IMG/VR virus record: IMGVR_UViG_2835163134_000004
Location: 1,570-65,569 of that record
Reading direction: 5' to 3' (one strand)
Source of the DNA: a virus
Lineage: Duplodnaviria; Caudoviricetes
DNA: 64,000 nt
Shown here: positions 53,114 through 62,761 of the stretch, in pieces
Layout of the letters: each line of letters opens with the position of its first letter
How positions within the stretch are numbered: position 1 is the stretch's first letter
Notes under the pieces: generated by a model
The model's input: only the letters and a program-made list of their open reading frames with translations
The model's database searches: none
Told to the model about the DNA's origin: nothing
Made by a program: the position numbers and the translations under genes

Positions 53114-54208
53114 TCAGGCCAGCACGCGGGCCTTGAACTGCCGGTTCGGCTTGGTGTTGATCGGCAGGAAGCTGGCCTGCGCCATCAGGTGCCGTTCACC
53201 GGGGTCTTCGGTTTCCCACATCTTGACGAAGACTTCCTCGGCCACCATCCCGGCCTCGATTGCCTTGGTGTCATAGATCGGCCCGGTCGCAACGATGCCC
53301 TGCGAACCCGGCGCGACAAGGAGGATGTCCTTCTCGTTGAACAAGTCCACGCGGGCCTTGCCGCCGCCGACGGTCGGAATGTCCACCGTGTCCTTGTAGG
53401 TCCAGACCTTCAGGCCAGAGTCCAGTTGGCCGATGTATTGCATCGGCTGGTGGATGCGCTGGATGCCACGGTTGATCGACACATCTTCACCGCCGCGATA
53501 GCGGGTGTCGAGCATGTCCTTCACCTGGTTGTTCTTGCGGAACAGCGGCGCGACCTTGGCGCCGACGATCAGGTCAGAACCCGAACCGCCGCCATCCGCC
53601 AGATACATGATGTTCAGCCATTCTTCCAGGTCATCCAGGATCGGCGTCGCCGGGTCATCCCAGAAGTCGGCCAGCAGCGTGACGTTCTGGTTCGCGGCAC
53701 GGCCGAAGTTCAGCAGGACGCTGGGGTTGGCCGCGCCCTGATCCCGCTCGTAGTCGATCTGCACCGAGGCGTCGATGAAGGCCCGTGCCGCCATCCAGGC
53801 TTTCCGCATGTGGATCATGCGGCGGAACCGACGGTCCAGTTCAGCGACACGCGCGTCAAAGCGTTCTTGCAGCGAGGGCGGTTCGCCACCGTTGCGGAAG
53901 ATTTCGGACGGCTTCAGGTTGCGCGCGTCCTCGGGCCGCACCACGCCTTTCGGCTTGATGTAGGGCAGGCGGAACGCTTCGACGCTTTCCGCTTCGCTGT
54001 AGCTGATCGGGCGGCCCTGTTCATAGGGCAGCACGAACGGCGCCAAGAAGCGGTCGGCTTCTTCCAGATCACCGAAGCGGATTTCGCCGTCCTCGGCATA
54101 CGGCCCGGCGGTGAAATAGGTGTCGAGGAAGTGCGACGGCACGTCGTCCATGCGGTCATCGCGCCGGAGTTCGTAAAGGTCGTTGGGGGTCCAGAGTTCA
54201 ATCGGCAT
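53114..54208 (-). CDS. Major capsid protein (lambda gpE family)
   Basis: 364 aa after the decorator; LAPFV.P..QGR, PYIKPK.VVRP and E.M...A pattern. Confidence 0.9.
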   Translation of the reverse strand: MPIELWTPNDLYELRRDDRMDDVPSHFLDTYFTAGPYAEDGEIRFGDLEEADRFLAPFVLPYEQGRPISYSEAESVEAFRLPYIKPKGVVRPEDARNLKPSEIFRNGGEPPSLQERFDARVAELDRRFRRMIHMRKAWMAARAFIDASVQIDYERDQGAANPSVLLNFGRAANQNVTLLADFWDDPATPILDDLEEWLNIMYLADGGGSGSDLIVGAKVAPLFRKNNQVKDMLDTRYRGGEDVSINRGIQRIHQPMQYIGQLDSGLKVWTYKDTVDIPTVGGGKARVDLFNEKDILLVAPGSQGIVATGPIYDTKAIEAGMVAEEVFVKMWETEDPGERHLMAQASFLPINTKPNRQFKARVLA

Positions 54209-54238
54209 TGGGGAGTTCCTTGCGCTGGGTCGATACGC

Positions 54239-54691
54239 TTACGGGTTAGCGACGGTTGCGCCGCGATACCGCACGCGGACCACGATGTTGGTGGGGGTCG
54301 GGGCGCCGTTGAACGCGGCCAGCTTCTTGGCATCCGTGTCGAACGACGCGGGCCAGTTGAGCATGTCCAGCGCGACGGACGCCGCGATGAGGACCGGCCC
54401 GCCCAGAAGCGGCGTAGCGCCAACGGTGATCGGGGCCAAGGTGATGCCGATGGCCTGAATGTCATCCGCCGGATCGACGGAGCCGGTCAGGGCGGGAACC
54501 AGATTGCCCGAGGCATCTTCACCCACCGGGGTGTAGGCTGCGATGGTCTGACTGGCCGCGAACTGCCGGTCCACGGTCACGACGTGGGGCGTATCCCCGG
54601 CAATCAGACCTTCCGGCGTCGGGCTGATGGTGTCGCTCCACTGGCCGGGCACACCGGCTTGATGGGCGAGATGGGGGGCGGTGATGGGCAT
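54239..54691 (-). CDS. Head decoration protein (lambda gpD-like)
   Basis: Between protease and capsid; AIGIT...A....D.LNWPAS pattern. Confidence 0.8.
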   Translation of the reverse strand: MPITAPHLAHQAGVPGQWSDTISPTPEGLIAGDTPHVVTVDRQFAASQTIAAYTPVGEDASGNLVPALTGSVDPADDIQAIGITLAPITVGATPLLGGPVLIAASVALDMLNWPASFDTDAKKLAAFNGAPTPTNIVVRVRYRGATVANP

Positions 54692-54724
54692 GTTCTGCGC
54701 CTTTCCTTTGCTGGTGTGGGGGCC

Positions 54725-56065
54725 TTAGTTGGCTTTGGCGCCGTGGCCGATCATCGACAGGGCGCGCTGAGCGCGCTGCTGGGCCTTCGGCGTCTCGCGG
54801 CCGCCGTCGGCGCCGACATTCGGGTGTTCCGCCGAGTTCATGGCGCCCCGGAAGTCATTCGCCGCGCCTTCTTTGCCCTTGGGCGTCTTGTCGTCGGAGG
54901 CGGATGAGGCGCCCTGTTCCTTCGGCATCTCGGCCAGCATCTCGGCAATGGTGTCGGCGTCCAGCGCGGCGAACTTCTCGTTCGTCGCCATCTTCAGCGC
55001 CATGGCGGGCCGGGCCTTGCCTTCATCGCTGCCGAGGATGGTGGTGATGCGAGTGCGTTCCGCCTTGGCGCCCTCGGCCATACCGGCGGCGTGGCCCTCG
55101 GTCTTGCCTGCGGCGTGGCCCTCGGTGCGCGCGGTTTCGATGGCGGCTTGATCGACTGCCGCCGTGTCCTTCGTGGTCATTTGGTCGTCCTCCGTTTTGG
55201 ACAGGTCAGCCGCGAAAGCGGCAATGGCGTCGTCAAGCGTGCCGATCTGATCGGCCAGCCCATTCGACACAGCTTCGGCAGCACTGAAGGTCAGGGCGTC
55301 GGTGTCCCGAACCGCCTTCTCCTTGAGGCTGCGATTTCGCGCCACGGTGGCAACGAAAATGGAATAGAGGTCATCGACGCGCGCTTGGATGCGGGCCTTC
55401 ACATCATCGGGCAGCGCCTCGTAGGGGTTGCCATCGACCTTGTGTTTCCCCGCGTAAATCAGGGTGATCTTGTAACCCCACTTCTCCATGGCGGCAGATG
55501 CATCGACATGGGATGTAACCACGCCAATGGAGCCAACGCCCCCGGTGCGCGCGACATAGACCCGGCCCGGATCGGCGGCGGAAATCAGGCTGTAGCCCGC
55601 AGAATAGGAGTGTTCCATGGCGAAGCCCGCGATGGGCTTTTCGCCTCGGGCACCATAGATGTGATCCACCAGGTCGAAATTGCCCGCGACCATGCCGCCC
55701 GGCGTGTCAAACACCAAGGCAATGCCCTTGACCTCGGGGTCGGCCATGCCTCGGTCGAACGCGGCCCGGATGTATTCGTAGCCCGTGGCATAGCCGAAGA
55801 ACTGATAGGGGAAATCCTTCAGCAGCACGCCCTTCACGGGGATATGCAGCACGCCGTTTTTCACGGCGTAGGGCCGGATCAACTTGGTGCGGTATTCACC
55901 AAGTTCGGTCCAGAAATCGCCGTTGGATGCAAACTCGGTGGACATGACCACGGGGGCGAGTTCATGCGAGGCGATGCCGTTCAGCAGCGCCGAAAACCGG
56001 CCCTGGGCCTCCGGGTTCACCAATGCGGGTTCGCAGTCGAAGCGTGCGAGAAACGGGTTACTCAT
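54725..56065 (-). CDS. Prohead protease S49 with scaffold C-terminus (lambda gpC/Nu3-like)
   Basis: DTPGG, SAGYSL, GVGSIGV and KHKVDGNPYE motifs; ERTRITTIL scaffold region. Confidence 0.92.
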   Translation of the reverse strand: MSNPFLARFDCEPALVNPEAQGRFSALLNGIASHELAPVVMSTEFASNGDFWTELGEYRTKLIRPYAVKNGVLHIPVKGVLLKDFPYQFFGYATGYEYIRAAFDRGMADPEVKGIALVFDTPGGMVAGNFDLVDHIYGARGEKPIAGFAMEHSYSAGYSLISAADPGRVYVARTGGVGSIGVVTSHVDASAAMEKWGYKITLIYAGKHKVDGNPYEALPDDVKARIQARVDDLYSIFVATVARNRSLKEKAVRDTDALTFSAAEAVSNGLADQIGTLDDAIAAFAADLSKTEDDQMTTKDTAAVDQAAIETARTEGHAAGKTEGHAAGMAEGAKAERTRITTILGSDEGKARPAMALKMATNEKFAALDADTIAEMLAEMPKEQGASSASDDKTPKGKEGAANDFRGAMNSAEHPNVGADGGRETPKAQQRAQRALSMIGHGAKAN

Positions 56066-57785
56066 CGCCCACCTCCTTCTCGTTCTTGTTGCCGCTCAGC
56101 GCGTTCAACGTGTCTTGGTTCTTTTCGCCCTGAAGCACCTGGTAGGCGTCTTTCCATTCCTGTTCCCGCTTCAACTGGCGAAGCTGTTTGCGCCAGTCTT
56201 GGCCCAGGCGGGCGTTCTCGATTTCCAGCGTGGAAATGCCGTTGTTCAGCCGCAGGATTGCGGCCTGAGTTTCCTTGAGTTCGTCAATCTGGCCGCGTGA
56301 AGCCCCGACCCAATCGCAGGCGGAATACCACTCCTTGTTCCGGCCCTCATACCAGCTTGGCATCCGGCGCCGGATCGACGTGATTGCGCCGTCATTCAGC
56401 ATTTCTTCCATCCAGAGACGATAGATTTCGCTGGCGAAGCGGTCTGCGACGGCGCGCTTGATCGAGAGCATCCCCTTGTAGGTTTCGCTCATCGCGGCGC
56501 GGGCCGACGAATAGTTGGTATTGCTGTAATCCCGGCTGAATTGCTCGTAGGACAAGCCCAAGGCTGCGGCCATAACGCGGTTCAGCGCGATTTCGAAACT
56601 CGTGCCAAGCGGGCCACCTTTGCCTGCGCCGTTCAGGTTCAGTTTCGTGCCGGGCGGCAGATGCGGGATGCGAACCCCGTCGATATTCAGGTTCTTTGAC
56701 CCGCCCATGAGTTCGCCCATGGTCTGATAGTGACCGGCCATGTAGCCCGTCAGCAGGCGTTGCACGGCTTCCGGCGTGGCGTCGCTACCGCCAAGCATCT
56801 GGAACACGGTGCTGGGGTCCAGCGTGTCACTTTCAATCGTCGCGGCGAACGTCGAGTTGAAAATGGCGTTCTGAAGCACGATCTGGCGGAACTGCTTCGA
56901 CATTTTCATTTCGGGGATCGCGGCAACCATTGCCCCGAGGCCACGGCTTTGGGCGGCGCGACGCTGTTCGAAAATGTGCAGCATCTTCCGGCGCCCATGC
57001 TTGTGGCGCGCCTCGACATAGGTGAATTTCTGCGCTTCCGGCTTGCGGAACTCGCTGGGGTGGGCCTTGCGGATGAAATAGCCGATGGGCGCGCCGCGTT
57101 CGTTCAGCTTCACACCGAGGGAAACGCTGGCGTCCCCCAGCATGTTCGGCGGCGTGCTGAGCCGGTCGCTGTCGATCATCTGGATCGCCGTGGCAAACGG
57201 GCGCCCCGGTTCAGGCAACCACTCCACGGCGGCGAGGATTTCACCGTGAATCGTATGCTGCTCCACGGCCAGGCGAACCATGGCGGTCAGGGTATTCCGG
57301 CCCGAGGCGTCCATATAGGCTTCGAAGGACTCGGCATCGGCCGCGAACAGTTCTTCGACTTCCTCTTGGAACTCATCTTCCCAGGTCGTGTCTTCTTTCC
57401 CGAAAAGCCGCGCAGAGTTTGGCTTCGCGTTCAGCATGAAATAGCTGCCCACGATATTGTCTTTGCGGGAGTCGATACCGCCTTGCAGGAACGCATCGTT
57501 GCGGCCCAGATCGCGGGACCGCACGTCGGCCATGCGCTTCGCCGGGGCAATGTCCTGATCCGCAGAGCGCATCGCCGGGACGTAGTTCGCCAGTTCGCGG
57601 GAAAAGCGCGACGCGCCGCTAAATGAATCGCCCGCGATGGCGAGTTCGTTGCCCGCGCCGTCTGGCACCCTGAAACCTTCAGGCGCGGGTCCGTGGAACT
57701 CGCCCACGGACTCGGCGGCAGGGGAGAGGCCACCGCCTAGCAATTCGAGACTTTCGGGATCGAGGCGCCAGCCCATCAGAACCAA
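56058..57785 (-). CDS. Portal protein (lambda gpB family)
   Basis: RSRDL.RND, IQMIDSDRL, QSRG, NYSSARA and IDELKE motifs. Confidence 0.93.
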   Translation of the reverse strand: MVLMGWRLDPESLELLGGGLSPAAESVGEFHGPAPEGFRVPDGAGNELAIAGDSFSGASRFSRELANYVPAMRSADQDIAPAKRMADVRSRDLGRNDAFLQGGIDSRKDNIVGSYFMLNAKPNSARLFGKEDTTWEDEFQEEVEELFAADAESFEAYMDASGRNTLTAMVRLAVEQHTIHGEILAAVEWLPEPGRPFATAIQMIDSDRLSTPPNMLGDASVSLGVKLNERGAPIGYFIRKAHPSEFRKPEAQKFTYVEARHKHGRRKMLHIFEQRRAAQSRGLGAMVAAIPEMKMSKQFRQIVLQNAIFNSTFAATIESDTLDPSTVFQMLGGSDATPEAVQRLLTGYMAGHYQTMGELMGGSKNLNIDGVRIPHLPPGTKLNLNGAGKGGPLGTSFEIALNRVMAAALGLSYEQFSRDYSNTNYSSARAAMSETYKGMLSIKRAVADRFASEIYRLWMEEMLNDGAITSIRRRMPSWYEGRNKEWYSACDWVGASRGQIDELKETQAAILRLNNGISTLEIENARLGQDWRKQLRQLKREQEWKDAYQVLQGEKNQDTLNALSGNKNEKEVGDE

Positions 57786-57991
57786 ACCCTCATCGGGGCA
57801 CGGGCCGCGACGGGGGTGAGGCCGAGCGCGTCTTCCAAGGATTTGATATAGGCCGCCAGCTTGTTGGCGTTGGCTTGGGCGTAGCGAACCAGTTCGCCGT
57901 TCTGATCCCTGAACTCAGCCACGGCGTCACCCGTCACGAGGCGGTGATACGCCTCGCGCGCCTCGGTCAGCATTTGCATCGTGACAGCCAT
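57776..57991 (-). CDS. Head-tail adaptor (lambda gpW family)
   Basis: AREAYHRL.TG..V.EF.DQNGE.V.Y.......L.AYI..LE..L. Confidence 0.88.
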   Translation of the reverse strand: MAVTMQMLTEAREAYHRLVTGDAVAEFRDQNGELVRYAQANANKLAAYIKSLEDALGLTPVAARAPMRVWF

Positions 57992-58047
57992 TGGCCCGGT
58001 CCATGATCAGAGCAATGCCCCGATATAGCCCGAGTTCTGTTGACTGC

Positions 58048-58091
58048 GCAACAAATAGTTGATTATACAGAATTGGTCAACTAAATGTTGA
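58048..58091. promoter_or_regulatory. Tandem operator palindromes between terL and gpW
   Basis: GCAAC-AAATA-GTTGA (58048-58062) and TCAAC-TAAAT-GTTGA (58077-58091). Confidence 0.68.
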
Positions 58092-58093
58092 AT

Positions 58094-60205
58094 TTAGAGG
58101 AAGCCGTCAGCGATGCGCCGCAGATTGATGGGCGGCCCACCGTCAACCCTGATCGGGCCGGGTTCCTCGGGGGCGAACACGAAGATGTTCTCATCCCACG
58201 GCTTCGCCCATGCCGGTTCACCGTCGTTCCAGGTGATCCGCTCAAGGTTAATGTCGGGGTGAAGACACAGGCCCAAGGCGTAATACGACAAGTCCCAATC
58301 CTCGTTGCGACGGTTGGACGGGTTCACCCAGCCCTTCGGCCCGCGATCCTCGGCGGTGAGTTGCTTGAAAACCCAGATCGGGGTCCAAGCCGGAAAGCGC
58401 ATCATGCCGCCACCGGGTTCAGCCCGGCCCAGCAGGGCGTTCAACTGGTCTTTCAGCAGGTTCGAATTGAACAGTTGCACCGGCACATCGCCACGGGCAC
58501 CAGCGTTGCGATCCCGGCGGTTCGAGTCCGGGTAGCTGGTCTTGCGGCGCGGCGCGTCGCGGGTCGTCGTGCCTTTGACGAGATGGAAACGGCGGTGATA
58601 ACCACGGCCTTCCGAGTCGTCGCGCAGCTTGCGCCAGAAGGTATAGGCGTTCGTCGTCACGCCGTCCTTGCCGCCGGAGTCGCATCCCGTGGCCTTGATT
58701 GCCATGCGGCGCCCCGAGCCATCGGCCAGAGGGTAAGACGATTCGATCACCTGCTCCACGATCAAGTCCCAATCCTCGGGGTATGACGCCGGGTCCAGCT
58801 TCGCGTATTGCGTGCCGCGCAAATCGTGCGGATCGAGACGGTTCGATTTGCGGATTTTGAACGTGTCGATCAGCGTCATGTCGTTGCCGGGGCCGAAGCC
58901 TGTGATCCGCACCACGAAAGCATCGGCCTGCACGTCGATTGTTGCGATGAGGAAGCGCACCCACGGCGGCACCATGGGTTCCCGGTCTTCGTAACGGTGG
59001 CCGCCGCCCCAATCCTCCACCCTGGTGCGAAGTTCCTCGGGAAGCCTTGCGTGTTTGTTCTTCGGCGGCTCGTAGGGTTGCCCCAAGTCGGTGTTAAGGC
59101 ACTTCTTCAGTGCGCCGGTATCGCCGGAATTGTCCCATGCCTCCATGGCCTGAAGGTAGGACGTGACCAGACCGGCCCAGGACTGGAACCCTGCGGCCGC
59201 GCCGTTGAGCCAGAACGAAGCAATGTCGGACTTGCGGGCCGTGCCGCTGATAGAGCCGTCCGGGTTCCACTTCTGGCCTTCCTTCAGCCAGCGCCCGTTC
59301 CGGTTCAGATCATATTTCTGATCCGGCGTAATGATGCCACCGCAGCACGGCGCGACCATGACGGCGCCATTGGCCCGGTCGATTATGTCACCGCTGCCGG
59401 GATAGCTGAGCAATGCAAAGGTCGGTTCGAAGGCCGTGTCGCAGGCCGGGCAACGCCAATACCAGCGGCGCCGGTCGCCGCGATTATAGAGTTCAAGAAT
59501 GCCTTTCGTCGGCGGCGCTTCATGCGGCGTTGCCGCGATCCAGTTCTGATCCACGACCTCGAAGCCGGGCGACGCCTCGGCCACGGTCATGCCGAACCGC
59601 TTGTATGTCGTGGTGCGCTTTCGGGCCAGATCGAACGGATTGCCCTGCTTTTCCACGTCCTGTTCCATGCGGTCGTAATCCGCCAACCAGACATGGGGCA
59701 CGGTCTTGCCAGACAATTCGGTGATCGAAGGCCAGCGGACCATGAGTTGCATACCGGACTTGAACCACTTATCGAAGATGTTGTTCTTGCCGGGGCGCAG
59801 CATGGCTTGGAATATGCTCTGCTTTTCGCCGGGTTTCTTGGCGCGAATCACCTTCATAAGATCGCGCTGTGACCACTCGCTTGCGACGCTTTGCGTCATT
59901 GCGTAATACAACATGTCTGACGGGTCACAGGCCGCGCTATATCCCAGCCAGTTGAACGCAATGTCCGATTTGCCGGTTCTCGCTGGCCCGGCGAAAATCA
60001 TCGCGGTGAAATCGAGCGAGGTCAGTTCGTCCATGGGTTCGCGCATGTAAGGCGTTTTGTCGTGGTCCCAAAGACCGACATACGAACCTGTGTTGTTCAG
60101 GTAGCGATACTTTTCCGCCCATTCAGAAACGGTAAGTTTTTCAGCGGGCCTTACCGCCGTGATCGTGCTGCGGATCAGCGATTGAATTGTATGGCGCAAT
60201 CTCAT
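58094..60205 (-). CDS. Terminase large subunit (lambda GpA family)
   Basis: TPYMREPMD, GPARTGKS (Walker A), C-terminal TIDVQ, DSGG and RNEDWDL nuclease motifs. Confidence 0.95.
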   Translation of the reverse strand: MRLRHTIQSLIRSTITAVRPAEKLTVSEWAEKYRYLNNTGSYVGLWDHDKTPYMREPMDELTSLDFTAMIFAGPARTGKSDIAFNWLGYSAACDPSDMLYYAMTQSVASEWSQRDLMKVIRAKKPGEKQSIFQAMLRPGKNNIFDKWFKSGMQLMVRWPSITELSGKTVPHVWLADYDRMEQDVEKQGNPFDLARKRTTTYKRFGMTVAEASPGFEVVDQNWIAATPHEAPPTKGILELYNRGDRRRWYWRCPACDTAFEPTFALLSYPGSGDIIDRANGAVMVAPCCGGIITPDQKYDLNRNGRWLKEGQKWNPDGSISGTARKSDIASFWLNGAAAGFQSWAGLVTSYLQAMEAWDNSGDTGALKKCLNTDLGQPYEPPKNKHARLPEELRTRVEDWGGGHRYEDREPMVPPWVRFLIATIDVQADAFVVRITGFGPGNDMTLIDTFKIRKSNRLDPHDLRGTQYAKLDPASYPEDWDLIVEQVIESSYPLADGSGRRMAIKATGCDSGGKDGVTTNAYTFWRKLRDDSEGRGYHRRFHLVKGTTTRDAPRRKTSYPDSNRRDRNAGARGDVPVQLFNSNLLKDQLNALLGRAEPGGGMMRFPAWTPIWVFKQLTAEDRGPKGWVNPSNRRNEDWDLSYYALGLCLHPDINLERITWNDGEPAWAKPWDENIFVFAPEEPGPIRVDGGPPINLRRIADGFL

Positions 60206-60855
60206 TGTTCACCCCCATCTTCCAATTCGGATTCTTGGCTCGGAAATTGTGCCGATCCGGTGCAATAGCTGTCGATTGAGTCCCCGACACGGGCCAAGAG
60301 GTCACGGGACAATTCGTCAAGGATGGCGCGCTGTTCGTCGGTGATGCCCGAACTTTCTTCCACGGTGTCGGTCCACAGAAGCACGGTATCCTTGATCAGT
60401 TTCAGCACGTCACCGAACGCGGCTTGAACATCTTCGGATCGCCACAATTCGCGCGCAATGAGGCGGGCCTTTTGCTCTTTTAGCCGCGCACTCCAAAACT
60501 CGGATCGCAGGCGTTCCGGCAAGTCCTTCGGTTCGAGGTTCTTGATGTAGTCTTTGACGCTGACACGCGGCGGCACCATGAATGCGGCCGCAACCCGGAA
60601 GTCGTAAATCTTCGAACTGTTCGGCCCCATCCGCAGAATGGGGCAGCGCGCCAGCAGCTTTTCCACATCCTTCCGGGGCTTGAGGAAGGCTTGAGCCAGC
60701 CAGTTGATCGTCACGCCACGGTCGAGTTCGTGGACATGGCTGGGCTTGAGCGTGCGGAAGTCCTTACCGCTTGGCGCGGGCGGCGCGTATTCCGTGCCGG
60801 GGTCGAAGTCGTCCTCCGGCTCTGCGCCCAGCAGATCAGCGAAAGCGTTCGTCAT
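60202..60855 (-). CDS. Terminase small subunit (DUF1441 / Nu1-like)
   Basis: TINWLAQAF HTH-like region and EFWSARLK...LW; ATGA-coupled to terL. Confidence 0.8.
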   Translation of the reverse strand: MTNAFADLLGAEPEDDFDPGTEYAPPAPSGKDFRTLKPSHVHELDRGVTINWLAQAFLKPRKDVEKLLARCPILRMGPNSSKIYDFRVAAAFMVPPRVSVKDYIKNLEPKDLPERLRSEFWSARLKEQKARLIARELWRSEDVQAAFGDVLKLIKDTVLLWTDTVEESSGITDEQRAILDELSRDLLARVGDSIDSYCTGSAQFPSQESELEDGGEQ

Positions 60856-61034
60856 GCCTGGGCCTCATCCATCCATCGCTGCACCAGGTCGTCACGCCAG
60901 ACGGAGTTGTGCCCGATCTTGATCTGTGCCGGGAAGGAGCCGCTGGAAATCATGCGGTAAATCGTGGCCCGGCTGAGCGAGGTCAGCGCCTCAATCTCCT
61001 TGATGCGCATGAATCGGTAGCTCGGTTCGGCCAT
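60852..61034 (-). CDS. AlpA-family regulator / recombination directionality factor
   Basis: RIKEIEALTSLSRATIYRMI..GSFPAQIKIG..SVWR. Confidence 0.9.
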   Translation of the reverse strand: MAEPSYRFMRIKEIEALTSLSRATIYRMISSGSFPAQIKIGHNSVWRDDLVQRWMDEAQA

Positions 61035-61074
61035 GTGTCTCACCCTGTCGCAAGCTGCATCATTTGGTGCGTAT

Positions 61075-61129
61075 TCAATACAAAGTGGAACAGATGTGTG
61101 TCAAGGCTGACTGTTCAATAAATGGTTGA
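61075..61129. promoter_or_regulatory. Two degenerate operator palindromes upstream of alpA-terS
   Basis: TCAAT-ACAAA-GTGGA (61075-61089) and TCAAT-AAATG-GTTGA (61115-61129). Confidence 0.55.
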
Positions 61130-61327
61130 TCAGTTGTGCAGCGAGATGGTATGCAGATTTCGTGAGGCGGCAACGTGGACCCCAATGCGACGGCCAGTGT
61201 CGGGCTAAGGGTCGGAACCTCGGAGGGGCTTCCCGCATCACGACATGCTGTGTCCATGCAGGCGCAGGTTGGCGTGGTTCTCACTACCGGCGAGGTTTGA
61301 GTTCTGTTTTGCGCAGAAGAATAGTTT

Positions 61328-62569
61328 CTATTCGGATTCGCCGGACTTCAGTGCTTGCGCTAATTGGCGCGTGCCCTTACGGCCAACGTCAATTCTTGCA
61401 CCATCTGGACCGAAAGAAGCTGATCCTGCGAAGCCCAATAATGCACCAAGGGCTTGCGTCCCCTCATCGGCCGAATTGCTCGGTTGAGCGCGCTCGAATA
61501 ACCCATGCGTTACACCCTCGATCCATTCGCTGGGGATTGCGCCTTTGCCTTCATGTTGGACTTCTAGCACGGTTTCAATGATCCAACTCGCCCGACTCAA
61601 ATCGTAGTGAAACCGCTGCATGTCGCGCGCCGCCTTGGCATCAGCCTCGTAGAACGACTTGAGCCATCCAGTGGCGTAGGCGGCGGCGGCAATGGCAACT
61701 ATGCTGCCTATGATGCCACGGGCAAGTAGAAACCAGTCAATTGCAGTATGGGCTTCTTTCGAACTCAGAGCGGCAAAACTCTGGAAAGATAAAACACCAG
61801 CGGCGATGGACACAACTAGCGAGGCCGCAAAAACACCCCAACGCATGGCGATGGTTGCGTTGGGCAGTTTATTGGTAGAAGCCTGATCTTTTGCGCTTTG
61901 AGTCAATGCTTCCATTAATCGTCTTCGCTCTGCCATGTGGGACTGCAGGGAAAGTTTCTTTCGCTCCAAATCAATTAATTCTAACGCTTTGCGATGTTCT
62001 TCCAGACGCGCATTCTCGCGTTCAAGGGCCTCGCTGTCGGCCGCAGCCCTTCGTTCATCGGTCAACTTAATCTGATCATTTAGCGAATCCAGCATTTGAC
62101 GATGAGTTGCGGAAAAGTCATCAAGGAGAATTTTGAATGCACTTGCGCTGGATGTTTCATCGCTGTAGTTAACGTCAGGGACCGAACCTCCAACTATATC
62201 CGAGACGAGTTGAACATCTTTTTTGCGACGCGCCCATCTCCCTGAGTTTTCTCCGAAATGGATGACGAACTCGTCATATCTGGCGGATGGCATGAGAGGG
62301 CTGTGTGGTGCAGATAGGATTTGGCGGCGAAATTCAACTCTTAAATTTACGCCAGCCTCTATTGACATTGTTAGGTCGGCGGAATTAATGCCGTATTTTC
62401 CCTTCAATTTTCTTTTATCTAAATCTTCTGTGGAAAACTCAATATTCTGGAAGTATTTGTAAGTTATGTTGGCATCAATTGATGGGAACACCTTCCTTAT
62501 GCGTTCCATTGTTTCAATGAGTGTCGCATCGTCAATTCTATTGACGCGTCGAACGATTTCGTTACTCAT
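61328..62569 (-). CDS. Low-GC moron: coiled-coil protein with two TM helices
   Basis: Visibly AT-rich; coiled-coil DERRAAADSEALERENARLEE; helices WGVFAASLVVSIAAGVLSF and FLLARGIIGSIVAIAAAAY. Confidence 0.8.
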   Translation of the reverse strand: MSNEIVRRVNRIDDATLIETMERIRKVFPSIDANITYKYFQNIEFSTEDLDKRKLKGKYGINSADLTMSIEAGVNLRVEFRRQILSAPHSPLMPSARYDEFVIHFGENSGRWARRKKDVQLVSDIVGGSVPDVNYSDETSSASAFKILLDDFSATHRQMLDSLNDQIKLTDERRAAADSEALERENARLEEHRKALELIDLERKKLSLQSHMAERRRLMEALTQSAKDQASTNKLPNATIAMRWGVFAASLVVSIAAGVLSFQSFAALSSKEAHTAIDWFLLARGIIGSIVAIAAAAYATGWLKSFYEADAKAARDMQRFHYDLSRASWIIETVLEVQHEGKGAIPSEWIEGVTHGLFERAQPSNSADEGTQALGALLGFAGSASFGPDGARIDVGRKGTRQLAQALKSGESE

Positions 62570-62761
62570 TTCATCACCTAATGTTTGGCCCTGTATGATA
62601 GTATTTTTGTTTGGAGTGGAATAGTGTCAGCATTGCCATTGTTGCGCGGGATGCGTGGCGCATCGCTCGCAACAATCCTCGCTCGCATCTAACAGGTGCA
62701 AACACAGATTTTCAATAGGATCAATTATCTTCTCGTGCTTGTATGTCATCCCTTGAGCCTC

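Noticed and set aside
45037-54907. Long plus-strand ORFs antisense to structural genes (for example 45037-46761, 49609-50790, 53189-54907)
   Set aside because: Typical shadow ORFs of high-GC coding DNA, with no motifs and fully overlapping well-supported genes.
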